Assembly (NCBI GenBank): GCA_046765915.1
Contig: JBKPTH010000063.1
Coordinates: forward strand, 4,009 to 68,008
Direction of reading: 5' to 3'
DNA length: 64,000 nucleotides
Origin: Acidobacteriota bacterium
GTDB taxonomy: Bacteria > Acidobacteriota > Thermoanaerobaculia > Multivoradales > UBA5704
The first letter of the stretch is position 1, and each line of letters opens with the position of its first letter. Shown one piece after another: positions 25,999 through 37,718 of this stretch. Position numbers and translations under genes: made by a program. The notes under the pieces are model-generated. The model worked only from the letters and a program-made list of their open reading frames with translations. It had not been told where the DNA came from and did not search any database.

Positions 25999-27345
25999 CT
26001 ACGGACAGGTCGCGAAGGCGTTCGCATCTCGAACGGAACGGAAGGGCGTGCGCGGCGGGTTGTCGTAGGTCTTCACCTTTTGCGTGCGCGTATCCGTCAC
26101 CGTCAGCCGGACCTGGATGTCGGTCAGTCCGCCGGCATAGACCGCGAACCGCTGGCTGGAGGAGCAGGCGTTGAGCACCTTGGCGAACACCTCGATGTTG
26201 CCGGGATTGAAGAACCAGAAGTAGCCGGTCGTCGCCGTGAGGGCGACGGCGTGCCCGGCGCCGGTGGTGCCGCGCGCCGTCCATTGCGCCTCCACCTGGA
26301 AGCGGCCACCGTTGAGGCAGAGGCGGAAGTCGCCCGGCACGCAGGAGCCCGGCGGCGGGGTCGAGGAGGGCCGCCAGCCGAGCTGGACGACCTCGAAGTC
26401 GCTGGCGCGGAGGCTGGCGAAGGCGGGGTTCAGCACGTCGTTGTTCCAGCGGGCGTCGTAAGCACCGCTGATGAACATGTTCGAGCCGTTGTCGGCCACG
26501 ATGAGCCCGTAGGTCTTCATCGCCTGGAAGATCCGGCGCACCTCCGGCGGATATCCAGAGATGTCCTTGCCCGCCTTGAGGCGCAGGCGCGCGCCCATCG
26601 GCAGGGCGCCCGATGAGTCGCCGGCCTCGTGGGAGGCGGGGAAGACGTAGCCATCGCTCTCCTCGACGGTGAAACGGAAGGCGTGCCGGATCGGCTCGGC
26701 GCCGAAGGCCTCGTCGTAGCGCGCGAGGCCGGGCAGAATGGCGAGGCCCGCGGCGTCGGCGCTCGTCCATCCGTCCGTCCGGCGGAGGTTGGAATCGAGA
26801 GGAAATACCGCTCCGGAGCCCGCCTCCCAGCGGTTGTGGGACGCGCTCCAGTGCGCGTGATACAGCTCGAAGAGGATGCGGTGGTCGCGGTCGACGATCA
26901 GCAGGTGCCGGTCGCCGCCCGGATCGGCATTGCCGGGATAGCCGCCTTCGATCCACTTCGCCTGTGTCTTGGCCTCCTCCGGGATGGGATAGCCCGGCGG
27001 CCGGCCCGGAGCCCCGGCATCGCTCTCGTCGCCGAATTCGACGAAGGTGACCGGCACCAGCGGCTGGCTGCCGGGCACCACGAGGTAGACCATGCCGTAG
27101 ATCTCGGGGAAGGAATCGGCGTCGCCGCCGAAGTCGGGATGCAGCCCGACGTTGCCGCCGATGAAGTCGATGAAGCCCGCGCTGTGAGGATCCACCGGCG
27201 CCGAGCTGACGTCGACGTTCCACCAGTTGTCGGGCGGAAAGATCGGCAGCGGACCGGGCAATGCTCCGCCGGGCTGCGGCGGCTGGGCGAGAGCGGCGTA
27301 CGGGAGCAGGAAAGCGAGGGTGTAGACCCGCATCTTCTCATTCAT
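25999..27345 (-). CDS. Secreted hypothetical protein with conserved ~105-aa C-terminal domain shared with the CSLREA protein
   Basis: Signal peptide MNEKMRVYTLAFLLPYAALA. C-terminus CVPGDFRLCLNGGRFQVEAQW...VTDTRTQKVKTYDNPPRTPFRSVRDANAFATCP. Confidence 0.65.
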   Translation of the reverse strand: MNEKMRVYTLAFLLPYAALAQPPQPGGALPGPLPIFPPDNWWNVDVSSAPVDPHSAGFIDFIGGNVGLHPDFGGDADSFPEIYGMVYLVVPGSQPLVPVTFVEFGDESDAGAPGRPPGYPIPEEAKTQAKWIEGGYPGNADPGGDRHLLIVDRDHRILFELYHAHWSASHNRWEAGSGAVFPLDSNLRRTDGWTSADAAGLAILPGLARYDEAFGAEPIRHAFRFTVEESDGYVFPASHEAGDSSGALPMGARLRLKAGKDISGYPPEVRRIFQAMKTYGLIVADNGSNMFISGAYDARWNNDVLNPAFASLRASDFEVVQLGWRPSSTPPPGSCVPGDFRLCLNGGRFQVEAQWTARGTTGAGHAVALTATTGYFWFFNPGNIEVFAKVLNACSSSQRFAVYAGGLTDIQVRLTVTDTRTQKVKTYDNPPRTPFRSVRDANAFATCP

Positions 27346-27526
27346 GATTAACGATGAGTGTACAGGAGGCTGTGCCCTCCAACGGTCCTGCCTCAACAAG
27401 CAACGCCCGAAATGGCCGCACTCCCTGTCACACTCCCGTCACCCCCGTGCTAGGATCGGCAGGCACGAAATGGCACACATGCCTCCGCCCCCGCAGTGGG
27501 CGGCGGATGACTGGAGGGAGGCTCGT

Positions 27527-30265
27527 ATGGTTCGGAAAACTCAACCGTTCCTCTGGCTCTTGCTGTTGATGCTCGCGATGGCCGGGACTGCTCTCGCACA
27601 GCAGACCGGCTCGATCTCCGGCGTCGTCCGCGGCGCCGACGGCGCGCCGCTCCCCGGCGTCACGGTGACGGTGAGCGGTCCGCTCCTGCCGGCCGGCCGC
27701 ACGGTGGTGACGGACGAGGGCGGCGCCTACAGCGTCCTGCGCCTGCCGCCCGGCGACTACGAGGTGGCGGCCGAGCTGACGGGGATGGGCAGCGTCAAGC
27801 GGCCGGCCGTCGTGGCGCTCGACAAGGACACCCAGGTCGAGCTCGAAATCAAGCCGTCCGTGGCGGAGGAGATCACCGTCACCGCGGCGCTGCCGACGAT
27901 CGACGTCAAGTCGAGCGATGTGCAGTCGAACTACACCAACGACCAGATCGAGAACCTGCCGGTGTCGCGCACCTACCGGGGCCTCTTCCAGCTCGCGCCC
28001 GGCGTCTCGGAGAACGGGCACAACACGCCCAACGCCGGCGCCTCGCGCATGGACAACGTCTATCTGGTCGACGGCATCAACGTGACGAACCCCCACTACG
28101 GCGACATCCTGCCCGACATCACGGAGCTCGACATCGACCAGGCGAGCATCAAGCGCGGCGGCATCACCGCCGAGTACGGGCGCGCCGGCGGCATGCTGGT
28201 CAACGCCGTCACCAAGTCGGGGACGAACGACTTCAGGGGCCAGGTCCGCGGCGAGTATCAGCCGAGCAGCTTCGTCTCCGACAGCAAGATCGCGACGATC
28301 CAGAACAAAGTCGACCGCAGCCTGCTCGCCGGCGCGCTCGGCGGTCCGCTGGCGCACGACCGCTTCTGGTTCTACGCCTCGGCGAACCTGCCGCGCCAGA
28401 CGACGACCGACCGCGTGAACAACCTCGGCGGGGTGCCCGACTCGGACCGCGACACCGACGAGTACTTCGCCAAGGTCACCGCCAACCCGCTGCCCAGCCA
28501 CTTCTTCAACGCTTCCGTGCGCTCGCGGGACACGAAGACGAGCAACGCCGGCATCGGCACCAACACCCACCCGTCCGTGGCGACCACGGATTCGACCGAC
28601 TACCTGCTGGGTACCTTCAACTGGGTGTGGAATCTGACGGCGGACAGCCTGGCCGAGCTGAAGCTGAACCACAACAAGGAGGAGAACTCGAGCGTCCCGA
28701 TCACGGACCTCGGCTACCGTCCGGCCTTCAACGCCGCCCGGCCGGACCTCGCCGGCGCGTTCACCACCGCGACGGGCCACATCGTCGGCGGCGCCACCGC
28801 CGCCGGGCAGACCGTGGGCGGGGGAAGCCTCAACAACTTCCAGGACTTCAAGCGCGACGAGGCGCGGCTCACCTATCAGCGCTTCACCTCCTGGGGCGGC
28901 TCGCGGCACGACATCCGCGGCGGCATCACCTACGACAAGAACGAGGAGCGCCTCGACCGGGTGGCGAACGGCTGGGGAACCATCTCCTTCAGCACCACGA
29001 CGCAGCTGTACACGGCAAACTATGTCTCCACCCAGCCGCCGCACACCGGCCGCGCCGAGGTCTGGGGCGTCTTTCTCCAGGATCAGATGGCCCTGGGCGA
29101 CCGGACGACGCTGACCGCCGGTGTGCTGCTCAACAAGGACGAGTATTTCGGCGAGGGCCTGGGATCGACGCCGGGAACCAAGACCAAGGTCAAGATCCTG
29201 ACCTTCGACTGGGACCAGCAGATCCAGCCGCGGCTCGGCATCTCCTTCGTCCCCAGTCCCTCGCGGGGCGACAAGCTCTACTTCAACTTCGGCCGCTACT
29301 CCAACACCGAGAACAAGTCGCTCACCCGCGCCGCCTCGCCGACGCGCATCTTCACCACCCGCGCCACCTTCGACGTCAACGGCAACCTCATCTCGGACGT
29401 ACCGGCGGCCAACACCCAGAACAAGAAGATCGATCCCGGGCTCGACCCGATGTACACCGACGAGTTCCTCGCCGGCTACGCGCGGCCCCTCGGGCTGGTC
29501 TGGTCGGCCGAGGTCTGGGGGATGTACCGCGACGTCAACAACATCTTCGAGGACGTGAGCGCCGACGGTCTCGGCAACGGCCCGTTCCACGTCTCCCAAC
29601 TGCCGGGCGCCTACCGCAGGTACACGGCGGCCTCGATCGAGCTGAACCGCCGGCCGGCCAACGACCGCTTCCGGCACCTGTGGGTCAACGCCAGCTACAC
29701 CTGGAGCCGGTTGAAGGGCAACTGGGACATCGACTACGCCGACCAGCTCTTCTTCAACTCGTCGATCCTCCAGGACGGCCCCGGCGTGCTGATCACCGAT
29801 AACCGCAACGGCGAGCTGCTCGGCGACCGCACGCACGTCGTCAAGCTGTTCGCCACCATCGAGCCCATCGACCGCCTGCGCACCGGCGTCTACGTCCGCT
29901 ACCAGAGCGGCGCCGCCTGGGAGGCGCGGGGCCAACCTTCCACCAACGTCTCCAGCAGCTATTACCGCTACCTGGAGCCGGCGGGCTCGCGGCGGATGGA
30001 GGACTGGCTCAACGTCGACCTGCTCACCTCGTACGAATTGCGCTTCGGCGGCATCGGCGTCGAGTTGGAGGCCCGCATCAACAACCTGTTCGACGAGCAG
30101 GCGGAGCTGACGGTGGACAACCGCTACATCCTCAACCAGCCGCTGAACCCCGCGAACCCGGGACCCAATCCGCTGCTCGGACCGTCGAACAATCCGCAGT
30201 TCGGCAAGCCGACCCAGCTCTCGGACCCGCGGGCGATCGTGCTGTCGACGATCTTGCGGTTCTGA
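27527..30265 (+). CDS. TonB-dependent outer-membrane receptor with N-terminal carboxypeptidase-regulatory-like domain
   Basis: Signal peptide, SISGVVRGADGAPLPGVTVTV (CarbopepD_reg), plug/beta-barrel, C-terminal aromatic residue F. GGAGGG SD. Confidence 0.8.
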   Translation: MVRKTQPFLWLLLLMLAMAGTALAQQTGSISGVVRGADGAPLPGVTVTVSGPLLPAGRTVVTDEGGAYSVLRLPPGDYEVAAELTGMGSVKRPAVVALDKDTQVELEIKPSVAEEITVTAALPTIDVKSSDVQSNYTNDQIENLPVSRTYRGLFQLAPGVSENGHNTPNAGASRMDNVYLVDGINVTNPHYGDILPDITELDIDQASIKRGGITAEYGRAGGMLVNAVTKSGTNDFRGQVRGEYQPSSFVSDSKIATIQNKVDRSLLAGALGGPLAHDRFWFYASANLPRQTTTDRVNNLGGVPDSDRDTDEYFAKVTANPLPSHFFNASVRSRDTKTSNAGIGTNTHPSVATTDSTDYLLGTFNWVWNLTADSLAELKLNHNKEENSSVPITDLGYRPAFNAARPDLAGAFTTATGHIVGGATAAGQTVGGGSLNNFQDFKRDEARLTYQRFTSWGGSRHDIRGGITYDKNEERLDRVANGWGTISFSTTTQLYTANYVSTQPPHTGRAEVWGVFLQDQMALGDRTTLTAGVLLNKDEYFGEGLGSTPGTKTKVKILTFDWDQQIQPRLGISFVPSPSRGDKLYFNFGRYSNTENKSLTRAASPTRIFTTRATFDVNGNLISDVPAANTQNKKIDPGLDPMYTDEFLAGYARPLGLVWSAEVWGMYRDVNNIFEDVSADGLGNGPFHVSQLPGAYRRYTAASIELNRRPANDRFRHLWVNASYTWSRLKGNWDIDYADQLFFNSSILQDGPGVLITDNRNGELLGDRTHVVKLFATIEPIDRLRTGVYVRYQSGAAWEARGQPSTNVSSSYYRYLEPAGSRRMEDWLNVDLLTSYELRFGGIGVELEARINNLFDEQAELTVDNRYILNQPLNPANPGPNPLLGPSNNPQFGKPTQLSDPRAIVLSTILRF

Positions 30266-30369
30266 AACGCCGTTTTTCGTAGGGGTGGGGTGTCCCCCAC
30301 CCCCACCTCCCGGGCGGGGACAAGCCCCGCCCCTACGTCCTACGACCCTGCCTGCGGTAACGTTGGGGC

Positions 30370-31143
30370 GTGGAGATCCGCGACTTCGCCCGCACCGTTC
30401 TCCTCACGGAAGACCTCGGCGTCAAGCTCGCGCCGGCTGCCGCGGAGCTGACGGACGAGGATCCAGGTCCGCCGTTCCGCGCCGCCGCGCCGGGCCGGCC
30501 GCCGCACCTGCGGTTTCAGGCCGTCGAGGTGCCGGCGAGCGAGGGGATGCACGATCCCGCGCAGCGGCCGCGCATCCTCCACGCCCTCGCCAACCACGAG
30601 CTGCAGGCGGCCGAGCTGTTCGCCTGGGCCCTCCTCGCCTTTCCCGGCGCGCCCGCGGACTTCCGCCGCGGCCTCCTCCGCATCCTCGCCGACGAGCAGC
30701 GCCACACCCGCATGTACATCGCCCGCGTGGAGGACGCCGGCGCGCGCTTCGGCGACTTGCCGGTGAACGGCTACTTCTGGGGCAAGGTCGAGGCGATCAC
30801 CTCGCCGCTCCGCTTTCTCTGCGCCATGTCGCTCACCTTCGAGAACGCCAACCTCGACCACACCCTGGAGTACGCCGAGGCGGCGCGGCGGGCGGGCGAC
30901 GCGAAGACGGCCACCGTCATCGACGCGGTCCATCGCGACGAGATCGAGCACGTCCGCTTCGGCTGGACCTGGCTGCAGGTCTTCAAGGCGAGGGACGAAT
31001 CCGCCTGGGAAACCTTCCGCGCCAACCTGACCTGGCCGCTCCGTCCCGAGAAGGCGCGGGGCCGGACGTTCCATCGCCAGGAGCGCGAGGCGGCGGGGCT
31101 GGACGCGGAGTTCATCGCGCGGCTCGAGCAGAGCGAGCCGTGA
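30370..31143 (+). CDS. Ferritin-like DUF455 protein
   Basis: HELQAAELFAW...DEQRH...HRDEIEHVRFG di-iron-like ExxH pairs. Confidence 0.65.
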   Translation: MEIRDFARTVLLTEDLGVKLAPAAAELTDEDPGPPFRAAAPGRPPHLRFQAVEVPASEGMHDPAQRPRILHALANHELQAAELFAWALLAFPGAPADFRRGLLRILADEQRHTRMYIARVEDAGARFGDLPVNGYFWGKVEAITSPLRFLCAMSLTFENANLDHTLEYAEAARRAGDAKTATVIDAVHRDEIEHVRFGWTWLQVFKARDESAWETFRANLTWPLRPEKARGRTFHRQEREAAGLDAEFIARLEQSEP

Positions 31144-32138
31144 GGCGCATAGTCGCCAACCTGTTCTGCGAAGGCGAGCTCGGACCTGAACCGAACCGAA
31201 CCTCAGCACCGCGCTCCGTCCTCGTCACCGTCTCCAGGCTCGCCACGCTGCTCCGCGTCTTCGCGCGCGAAGGCGACCGGCTGTGGCTCCCGGCGCCCGT
31301 CAATCCTGAGAGTGTTCCCGACATGCCGGGACTGCCACGGCCGGTTTTCGAAACGGGACCGCTCCGCGAGCTCCCTACCGCGGACGAGGTTCTCGCCTGG
31401 TGCGAGACGCCTGCGGCCGCTGCGCATCGCGGCGGCGCGCGCGAATCCGCCGCGGTCCAGCTCGACGATCCCCTCTACGAGGTGCTCTGGAGATTGCCGA
31501 CGCCTGAGCCCTCCGTCGTTGCGGCCGTCCACCACCGGGCCTTCCATCTCCGGATTGCGGAAGAGATCGGCCGCGCGCTCCTCGGCGCCCGCATGGTGGA
31601 ATCCCTCTCCGAGCTCGACCGCATCCTTCAGCATGGCCCCCAGCGCTGGATCGTCAAGGCTCCCCTCTCGGCCGCGGGACGCGAGCGCTATATCGAGCGG
31701 AACGACACCGCCCTCTCCGATCCCAAGGCGCGGCGGACTGTCGAGCGTCTCCTCGCCCGTCACGGCACTCTCCTCTTCGAGCCCTGGATGGACAGGGTGG
31801 CCGACTTCGGTGTCTCGGCGCTCGTCACGCATACGGCGATGCGGATCGTGGGAATTCACCACCAGCGCATAGACGCCAGGGGCCGGTTCGTAGGGATCGA
31901 TCTCGTCGCGGATCTGTCCGCCGAGGAGCGGGGCCGCCTGGTGGAGACGACCGAGACCGTGGCCGACTCCCTCCGGCGCGCCGGCTACGTGGGTCCCTTC
32001 GGGATCGACGCCTGGCGATACCGCAGGGAGGATGGAGCCGTCGTCCTCCATCCGCTCGGAGAGATCAACGCCCGCATGACCTTCGGCCTGGTGGCGTGGA
32101 CGCTGGCGGAGAGGGTTCCGGGCACGCAACTGCTATAA
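31140..32138 (+). CDS. Hypothetical protein, possibly ATP-grasp-like, translationally coupled (GTGA) to DUF455
   Basis: Protein-like sequence with high GC3 in the tail of listed ORF 30285..32138. No family confidently recognised. Confidence 0.5.
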   Translation: MRRIVANLFCEGELGPEPNRTSAPRSVLVTVSRLATLLRVFAREGDRLWLPAPVNPESVPDMPGLPRPVFETGPLRELPTADEVLAWCETPAAAAHRGGARESAAVQLDDPLYEVLWRLPTPEPSVVAAVHHRAFHLRIAEEIGRALLGARMVESLSELDRILQHGPQRWIVKAPLSAAGRERYIERNDTALSDPKARRTVERLLARHGTLLFEPWMDRVADFGVSALVTHTAMRIVGIHHQRIDARGRFVGIDLVADLSAEERGRLVETTETVADSLRRAGYVGPFGIDAWRYRREDGAVVLHPLGEINARMTFGLVAWTLAERVPGTQLL

Positions 32139-32168
32139 TTCAGAGATCCACGCACAAGGAGACCGCGC

Positions 32169-32987
32169 ATGAAACGAGCCTCGATGGCCCTCGTTCTGTT
32201 GCTGACCACTCCCGCTTCGCTCCTCGCCTGGGGTCCGATCGGGCACCGCGTCGTCGGCCGGATCGCCGCCAACCATCTCACGGACGAGGCGGCGATCGCC
32301 GTCACCTGCCTGATCGGTCCCGAGGGTCTGGACCAGGCGAGCACCTGGGGGGACGAGATCCGCAACGATACGAATTGGCAGCCGCCGGCGAAGAACCCGA
32401 GCCCCTGGCACTTCATCAGCATCGACGACAACGAGACCCTGGAGACCACCGCGCGCGATCCCAACGGCGACGTGCTCGAGGCCATCGAGCGGTTCTCGGC
32501 CGTGCTGCGCGATCCCCAAGCGACGCGGCAGGCCAAGCAGGAGGCGCTGCGGTTCCTCGTCCACTTCGTCGGCGACGTCCACCAGCCCCTGCACGTCGGA
32601 CGGCGCGCCGACCGGGGCGGCAACTCCATCCAGGTGACGTTGTTCGGCCAGCAGACCAACCTCCACTCGGTGTGGGACGGCGGTCTCATCGACAGCGAGA
32701 AGCTGAGCTTCTCCGAGCTCGCCGCGTTCATCGATCATCCCACGCTGCTGGAGCTGCAGGCCTGGCAGAGCGCGCTCCCCGCCGACTGGGTCAAGGAATC
32801 GAAAGCCGTGCGGGAGCGGGTCTACAAGATCGGCGACGGCAAGCTCAGCTTCCAGTACGCGTTCGACAACATGCCGTTGATCAAGCAGCGGCTCCTGCAG
32901 GCGGGGGTGCGGCTGGCGGGGCTGCTCAACTCGATCTTCGCCCAGCCCGGGCCTTCGATTCCGGACCGCCAGCCGGCACAGCCTTGA
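32169..32987 (+). CDS. S1/P1-family zinc nuclease (secreted)
   Basis: Signal peptide followed by WGPIGHRVVG (N-terminal Trp/His zinc ligands). HFVGDVHQPLH. Confidence 0.8.
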   Translation: MKRASMALVLLLTTPASLLAWGPIGHRVVGRIAANHLTDEAAIAVTCLIGPEGLDQASTWGDEIRNDTNWQPPAKNPSPWHFISIDDNETLETTARDPNGDVLEAIERFSAVLRDPQATRQAKQEALRFLVHFVGDVHQPLHVGRRADRGGNSIQVTLFGQQTNLHSVWDGGLIDSEKLSFSELAAFIDHPTLLELQAWQSALPADWVKESKAVRERVYKIGDGKLSFQYAFDNMPLIKQRLLQAGVRLAGLLNSIFAQPGPSIPDRQPAQP

Positions 32988-33011
32988 TGGTGGGTCTGCT
33001 AGGCTTGGAGC

Positions 33012-33404
33012 ATGTCCACGGCGGAAGAGGACCGGATCAAGTCACTGGCGCGGGAGTTTTCGAGGCTCGACCTGCTCCTGCTTTTCGGCTCCCGCGCTCG
33101 CGGTGATGTCCATCCGCGCTCCGACTGGGACTTCGGTTATCTCGCGGGGCGGGGCTTCGATGCCGACGATTTTCTTGCTCGGCTGGTCCTCCTCCTGGGG
33201 ACCGACCGCATCGATCTCGTCGACTTGAGGCGCGCCAATGGCCTGCTCCGCTATCGCGCCGCGGCCGAGGGAAATCCGCTGTTCGAATCCGCTCCGGACA
33301 CCTTCGAGGATTTCTGGTTCGAAGCCGTTTCTTTCTGGTGCGACGCGGGGCCGATCCTTCAACGGAGTTACGAGGCAATCCTCCAAGGGCTGGCCAGAGC
33401 ATGA
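33012..33404 (+). CDS. MNT nucleotidyltransferase antitoxin (HepT/MNT pair)
   Basis: LLLFGSRARGD...SDWDFG nucleotidyltransferase motif. Confidence 0.75.
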   Translation: MSTAEEDRIKSLAREFSRLDLLLLFGSRARGDVHPRSDWDFGYLAGRGFDADDFLARLVLLLGTDRIDLVDLRRANGLLRYRAAAEGNPLFESAPDTFEDFWFEAVSFWCDAGPILQRSYEAILQGLARA

Positions 33405-33823
33405 GCCGGCTCGATCGGGCGTTGCTCGCGGAGAAAGCCGCCGCCATCGAGCGGCACCTGGCCCGAGTCGCACAGCGCTTGCCCGCAGACCCCGAAGAGT
33501 TTCGGCCCATGAGCGACGCCTCGGACGCCGTGATCCTCCATCTATGGCAGGCTGTCCAGTCGGTGCTCAATCTGGCCGTGTCGGCTTGCACCCACTTCGC
33601 GTTGGGGACTCCGCAAAATTACGGTGAGGCCTTCCATCGCCTGGCCGAGGCGGGACTGCTGGAGCCTGAGCTGGCCGTACGCCTCACCCGCGCTGCCGGG
33701 TTTCGCAATATCGTCGCCCATACCTACGACGATCTCGACATGGAGCGTGTCTACCGGGCCGCCAGCGAGGGTCCGGCCGATCTGCGCGCCTTCCTGGCCG
33801 CTCTACAGGAGAACCTAGGGTAA
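33401..33823 (+). CDS. HepT (DUF86) toxin
   Basis: FRNIVAHTYD (Rx4HxY). ATGA overlap with MNT. Confidence 0.75.
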   Translation: MSRLDRALLAEKAAAIERHLARVAQRLPADPEEFRPMSDASDAVILHLWQAVQSVLNLAVSACTHFALGTPQNYGEAFHRLAEAGLLEPELAVRLTRAAGFRNIVAHTYDDLDMERVYRAASEGPADLRAFLAALQENLG

Positions 33824-33853
33824 AGCAGGACTTCGGGGGCTCAGGGGAGGGAA

Positions 33854-33928
33854 TGGCTCCTCGGGAGGGACTCGAACCCCCAACATTTCGGTTAACAGCC
33901 GAACGCTCTACCATTGAGCTACCGAGGA
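33854..33928 (-). tRNA. tRNA-Asn (GTT)
   Basis: Reverse complement reads TCCTCGGTAGCTCAATGGTAGAGC...CTGTTAACCGAA...GGTTCGAGTCC...CCGAGGAGCCA. Cloverleaf pairs check out. Anticodon GTT. Encoded CCA. Confidence 0.85.
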
Positions 33929-34012
33929 AGGTGGAAAGAAGCGTCCCGGGACTGGGCCCGGGACGCGGAATTCTAGGGACATCGGGCACCGCTGTCAACG
34001 CGGACGGCGGCG

Positions 34013-35722
<1,710 letters not shown>

Positions 35723-35767
35723 GGGGCCTCCTCTTCAGCTACGCTCGGGGGGAACGCGGACGCGGGC

Positions 35768-37576
35768 TCAGCCGAGCCCGCGGTTCGCGTCATGCCGGGA
35801 TCCCCGATGCAAGCTGTGGCTCAAACGTGTCTTCTCGTCCGCGAGGCGGTCGCGGAGCGCATGATCCCCCTTGCGCTGCGCCTCGCTGATCTCTCCCTGC
35901 AATTCCTTGATCCGCTGCCGCCGCCAGCGGTCCGCCAGCTTGTCGAGGGACTCAAGAAGCCCGATTCGTCCGGGAGCAACCTCCCTTTCTAGCATGATTT
36001 TCGCTAATCGGGCAACCGATCCCTCGTCCTCGCCCAGCCGGGACTTCAACTTCTGGAAGTCCGGGGGGCGGCCGGCTTCTGCATATAGAGTGCGGAAGAC
36101 CCCGAAAATATTCCTGCATCCGGTGTCGCGGAACACCTCCGGAGAGGGGAGGGCCTCCAAGGGAGGGGCTGGGGCCGCCTCGTCCTCCCGCAGAAGCCGC
36201 TCCAGGACCTGCTCCTCCAGGCTGCGGACGATCCCGGAGCCCTGGCCGGCGGTGGGCGCCTGCGGCGGGCTCGTATCTCCCCTGGAGATACTGGTGCCGC
36301 CGACGCGCCGGGCGAGCATCTCGGCGGGGATCCCCAGGCGGTCGGCGGCGAGCCGGGAGTAGCTGAAGCGGAGGATGGAGTCCGGGATCGGCCGCAGCAG
36401 CTCCGCCACGGCGGCCGCCGCCTTGGCCTGGAGGCGCGGATCGCGGGCCGCGCCGGCCGGAATGGCGCGGTCGAGCTCGGCCGTCACCGCGTCCTCGGCG
36501 CGCTCGACCGCCGAGCGGACGGCCTCCTCCCCCTCCTCGAGGCGCAGAGAGTCCGGATCGTGCCGGCCCGGGAACCGCGCCCGCCGCACACCGAGCCCGT
36601 CCCCGAGCAGCAGCGGCAAGGCGCGCCGGAAGGCGTTCTCGCCCGCCTCGTCGCCGTCGTAGGCCACCACCACCTCCTCGGCGTAGCGCGAGAGGAGCTT
36701 CGCCTGCTCGGGGGTCAGCGCCGTGCCCATGCCGGCGACCGCTCCCTCGACACCGCTGGCCACCGTGCCGATGACGTCGAAGTAGCCCTCGCAAAGCACC
36801 GCCCGGCCGGTCTCCCGGATCTCGCGCTTGGCCAGGTGCAGACCGTAGAGGAGGAAGCCCTTGTGGAAACGGTCCGTCTCGTTGGTGTTGACGTACTTGG
36901 CCTTGTCGTCTCCCAGGGTGCGGCCGCCGAAGCCCACCAGCCGGCCGGCCTGGTTGTGGATGGGGAACATCAGCCGGTGCCGGAAGCGGTCGTAGAGGTC
37001 CCCCCGTTCCGAACGCCCGACGAGCCCCGCCGCCTCCAGGTCCGCCTGGGGAATCCGCGGATGCAGCGCCGGCAGGATGTTGTTGTAGCCGTCGGGCGCG
37101 TAGCCGAGGCCGAACTTCTCGATCAGCTCCGGCGGGATGCGCCGCCGCTCCAGGTACTCGCGGGCGAAAGAGGACCTGCGGAGCTGATCGCGGAAGAGCT
37201 CCGCCGCCGCCGTGAGCGCACCCTCGATGTCCCGCTCCGGCCTGCCGCCGGCGAAGCGCGCCTCGGCGCGGCTGGGCAGGGGGATGCCGTAGCGCGTGGC
37301 CAGCGTCTCGATGGCCGCCGGGAAGTCGTCGCCGCTGGTCAGCATGTGGAGCTTGATGGCGTCGCCGCCGGCGCCGCAGCCGAAGCAGTAGAAGAGCCCC
37401 TGCACGGGATCGACGCTGAACGAGGGCGTCTTCTCCTTGTGGATCGGGCAGAGCCCCTGGTACCGCCGGCCGGCCTTGCGCAGGCGCGTGTGATCGGAGG
37501 CGATGGAGACGATATCCACCGCGTCGCGCACCGCCTGCACGAGCTGGGGGGTGAGGTTGACGTTGCCTAGGGGCAT
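35768..37576 (-). CDS. dnaG: DNA primase
   Basis: CPIHKEKTPSFSV...FYCFGCGAGGDAIK zinc-binding CHC2 motif. TOPRIM region. Lies next to rpoD. Confidence 0.88.
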   Translation of the reverse strand: MPLGNVNLTPQLVQAVRDAVDIVSIASDHTRLRKAGRRYQGLCPIHKEKTPSFSVDPVQGLFYCFGCGAGGDAIKLHMLTSGDDFPAAIETLATRYGIPLPSRAEARFAGGRPERDIEGALTAAAELFRDQLRRSSFAREYLERRRIPPELIEKFGLGYAPDGYNNILPALHPRIPQADLEAAGLVGRSERGDLYDRFRHRLMFPIHNQAGRLVGFGGRTLGDDKAKYVNTNETDRFHKGFLLYGLHLAKREIRETGRAVLCEGYFDVIGTVASGVEGAVAGMGTALTPEQAKLLSRYAEEVVVAYDGDEAGENAFRRALPLLLGDGLGVRRARFPGRHDPDSLRLEEGEEAVRSAVERAEDAVTAELDRAIPAGAARDPRLQAKAAAAVAELLRPIPDSILRFSYSRLAADRLGIPAEMLARRVGGTSISRGDTSPPQAPTAGQGSGIVRSLEEQVLERLLREDEAAPAPPLEALPSPEVFRDTGCRNIFGVFRTLYAEAGRPPDFQKLKSRLGEDEGSVARLAKIMLEREVAPGRIGLLESLDKLADRWRRQRIKELQGEISEAQRKGDHALRDRLADEKTRLSHSLHRGSRHDANRGLG

Positions 37577-37620
37577 GGTCAGGGTCCAACAGGCTTTGCC
37601 GGTTGGGGCGGTCTGCCCTC

Positions 37621-37673
37621 CGAAACCTCACCCCCTGGCCCCCTCTCCAGCGAAGATGGAGAGGGGGAACGAT
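37621..37673. repeat. REP-like palindromic element copy A (CGAAACCTCACCCCCTGGCCCCCTCTCCAGC-N-GCTGGAGAGGGGGAACG family)
   Basis: Read directly. Near-identical copies at 37719..37778 (inverted), 40259..40312 and 59923..59980 (inverted). Confidence 0.7.
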
Positions 37674-37718
37674 GCAGAATCGTTCGCGCCATGATTTCTG
37701 ACAATCCCCCTCGCCCGT

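Noticed and set aside
27428-29935. 835-aa minus ORF
   Set aside because: Antisense shadow of the TonB-dependent receptor gene.
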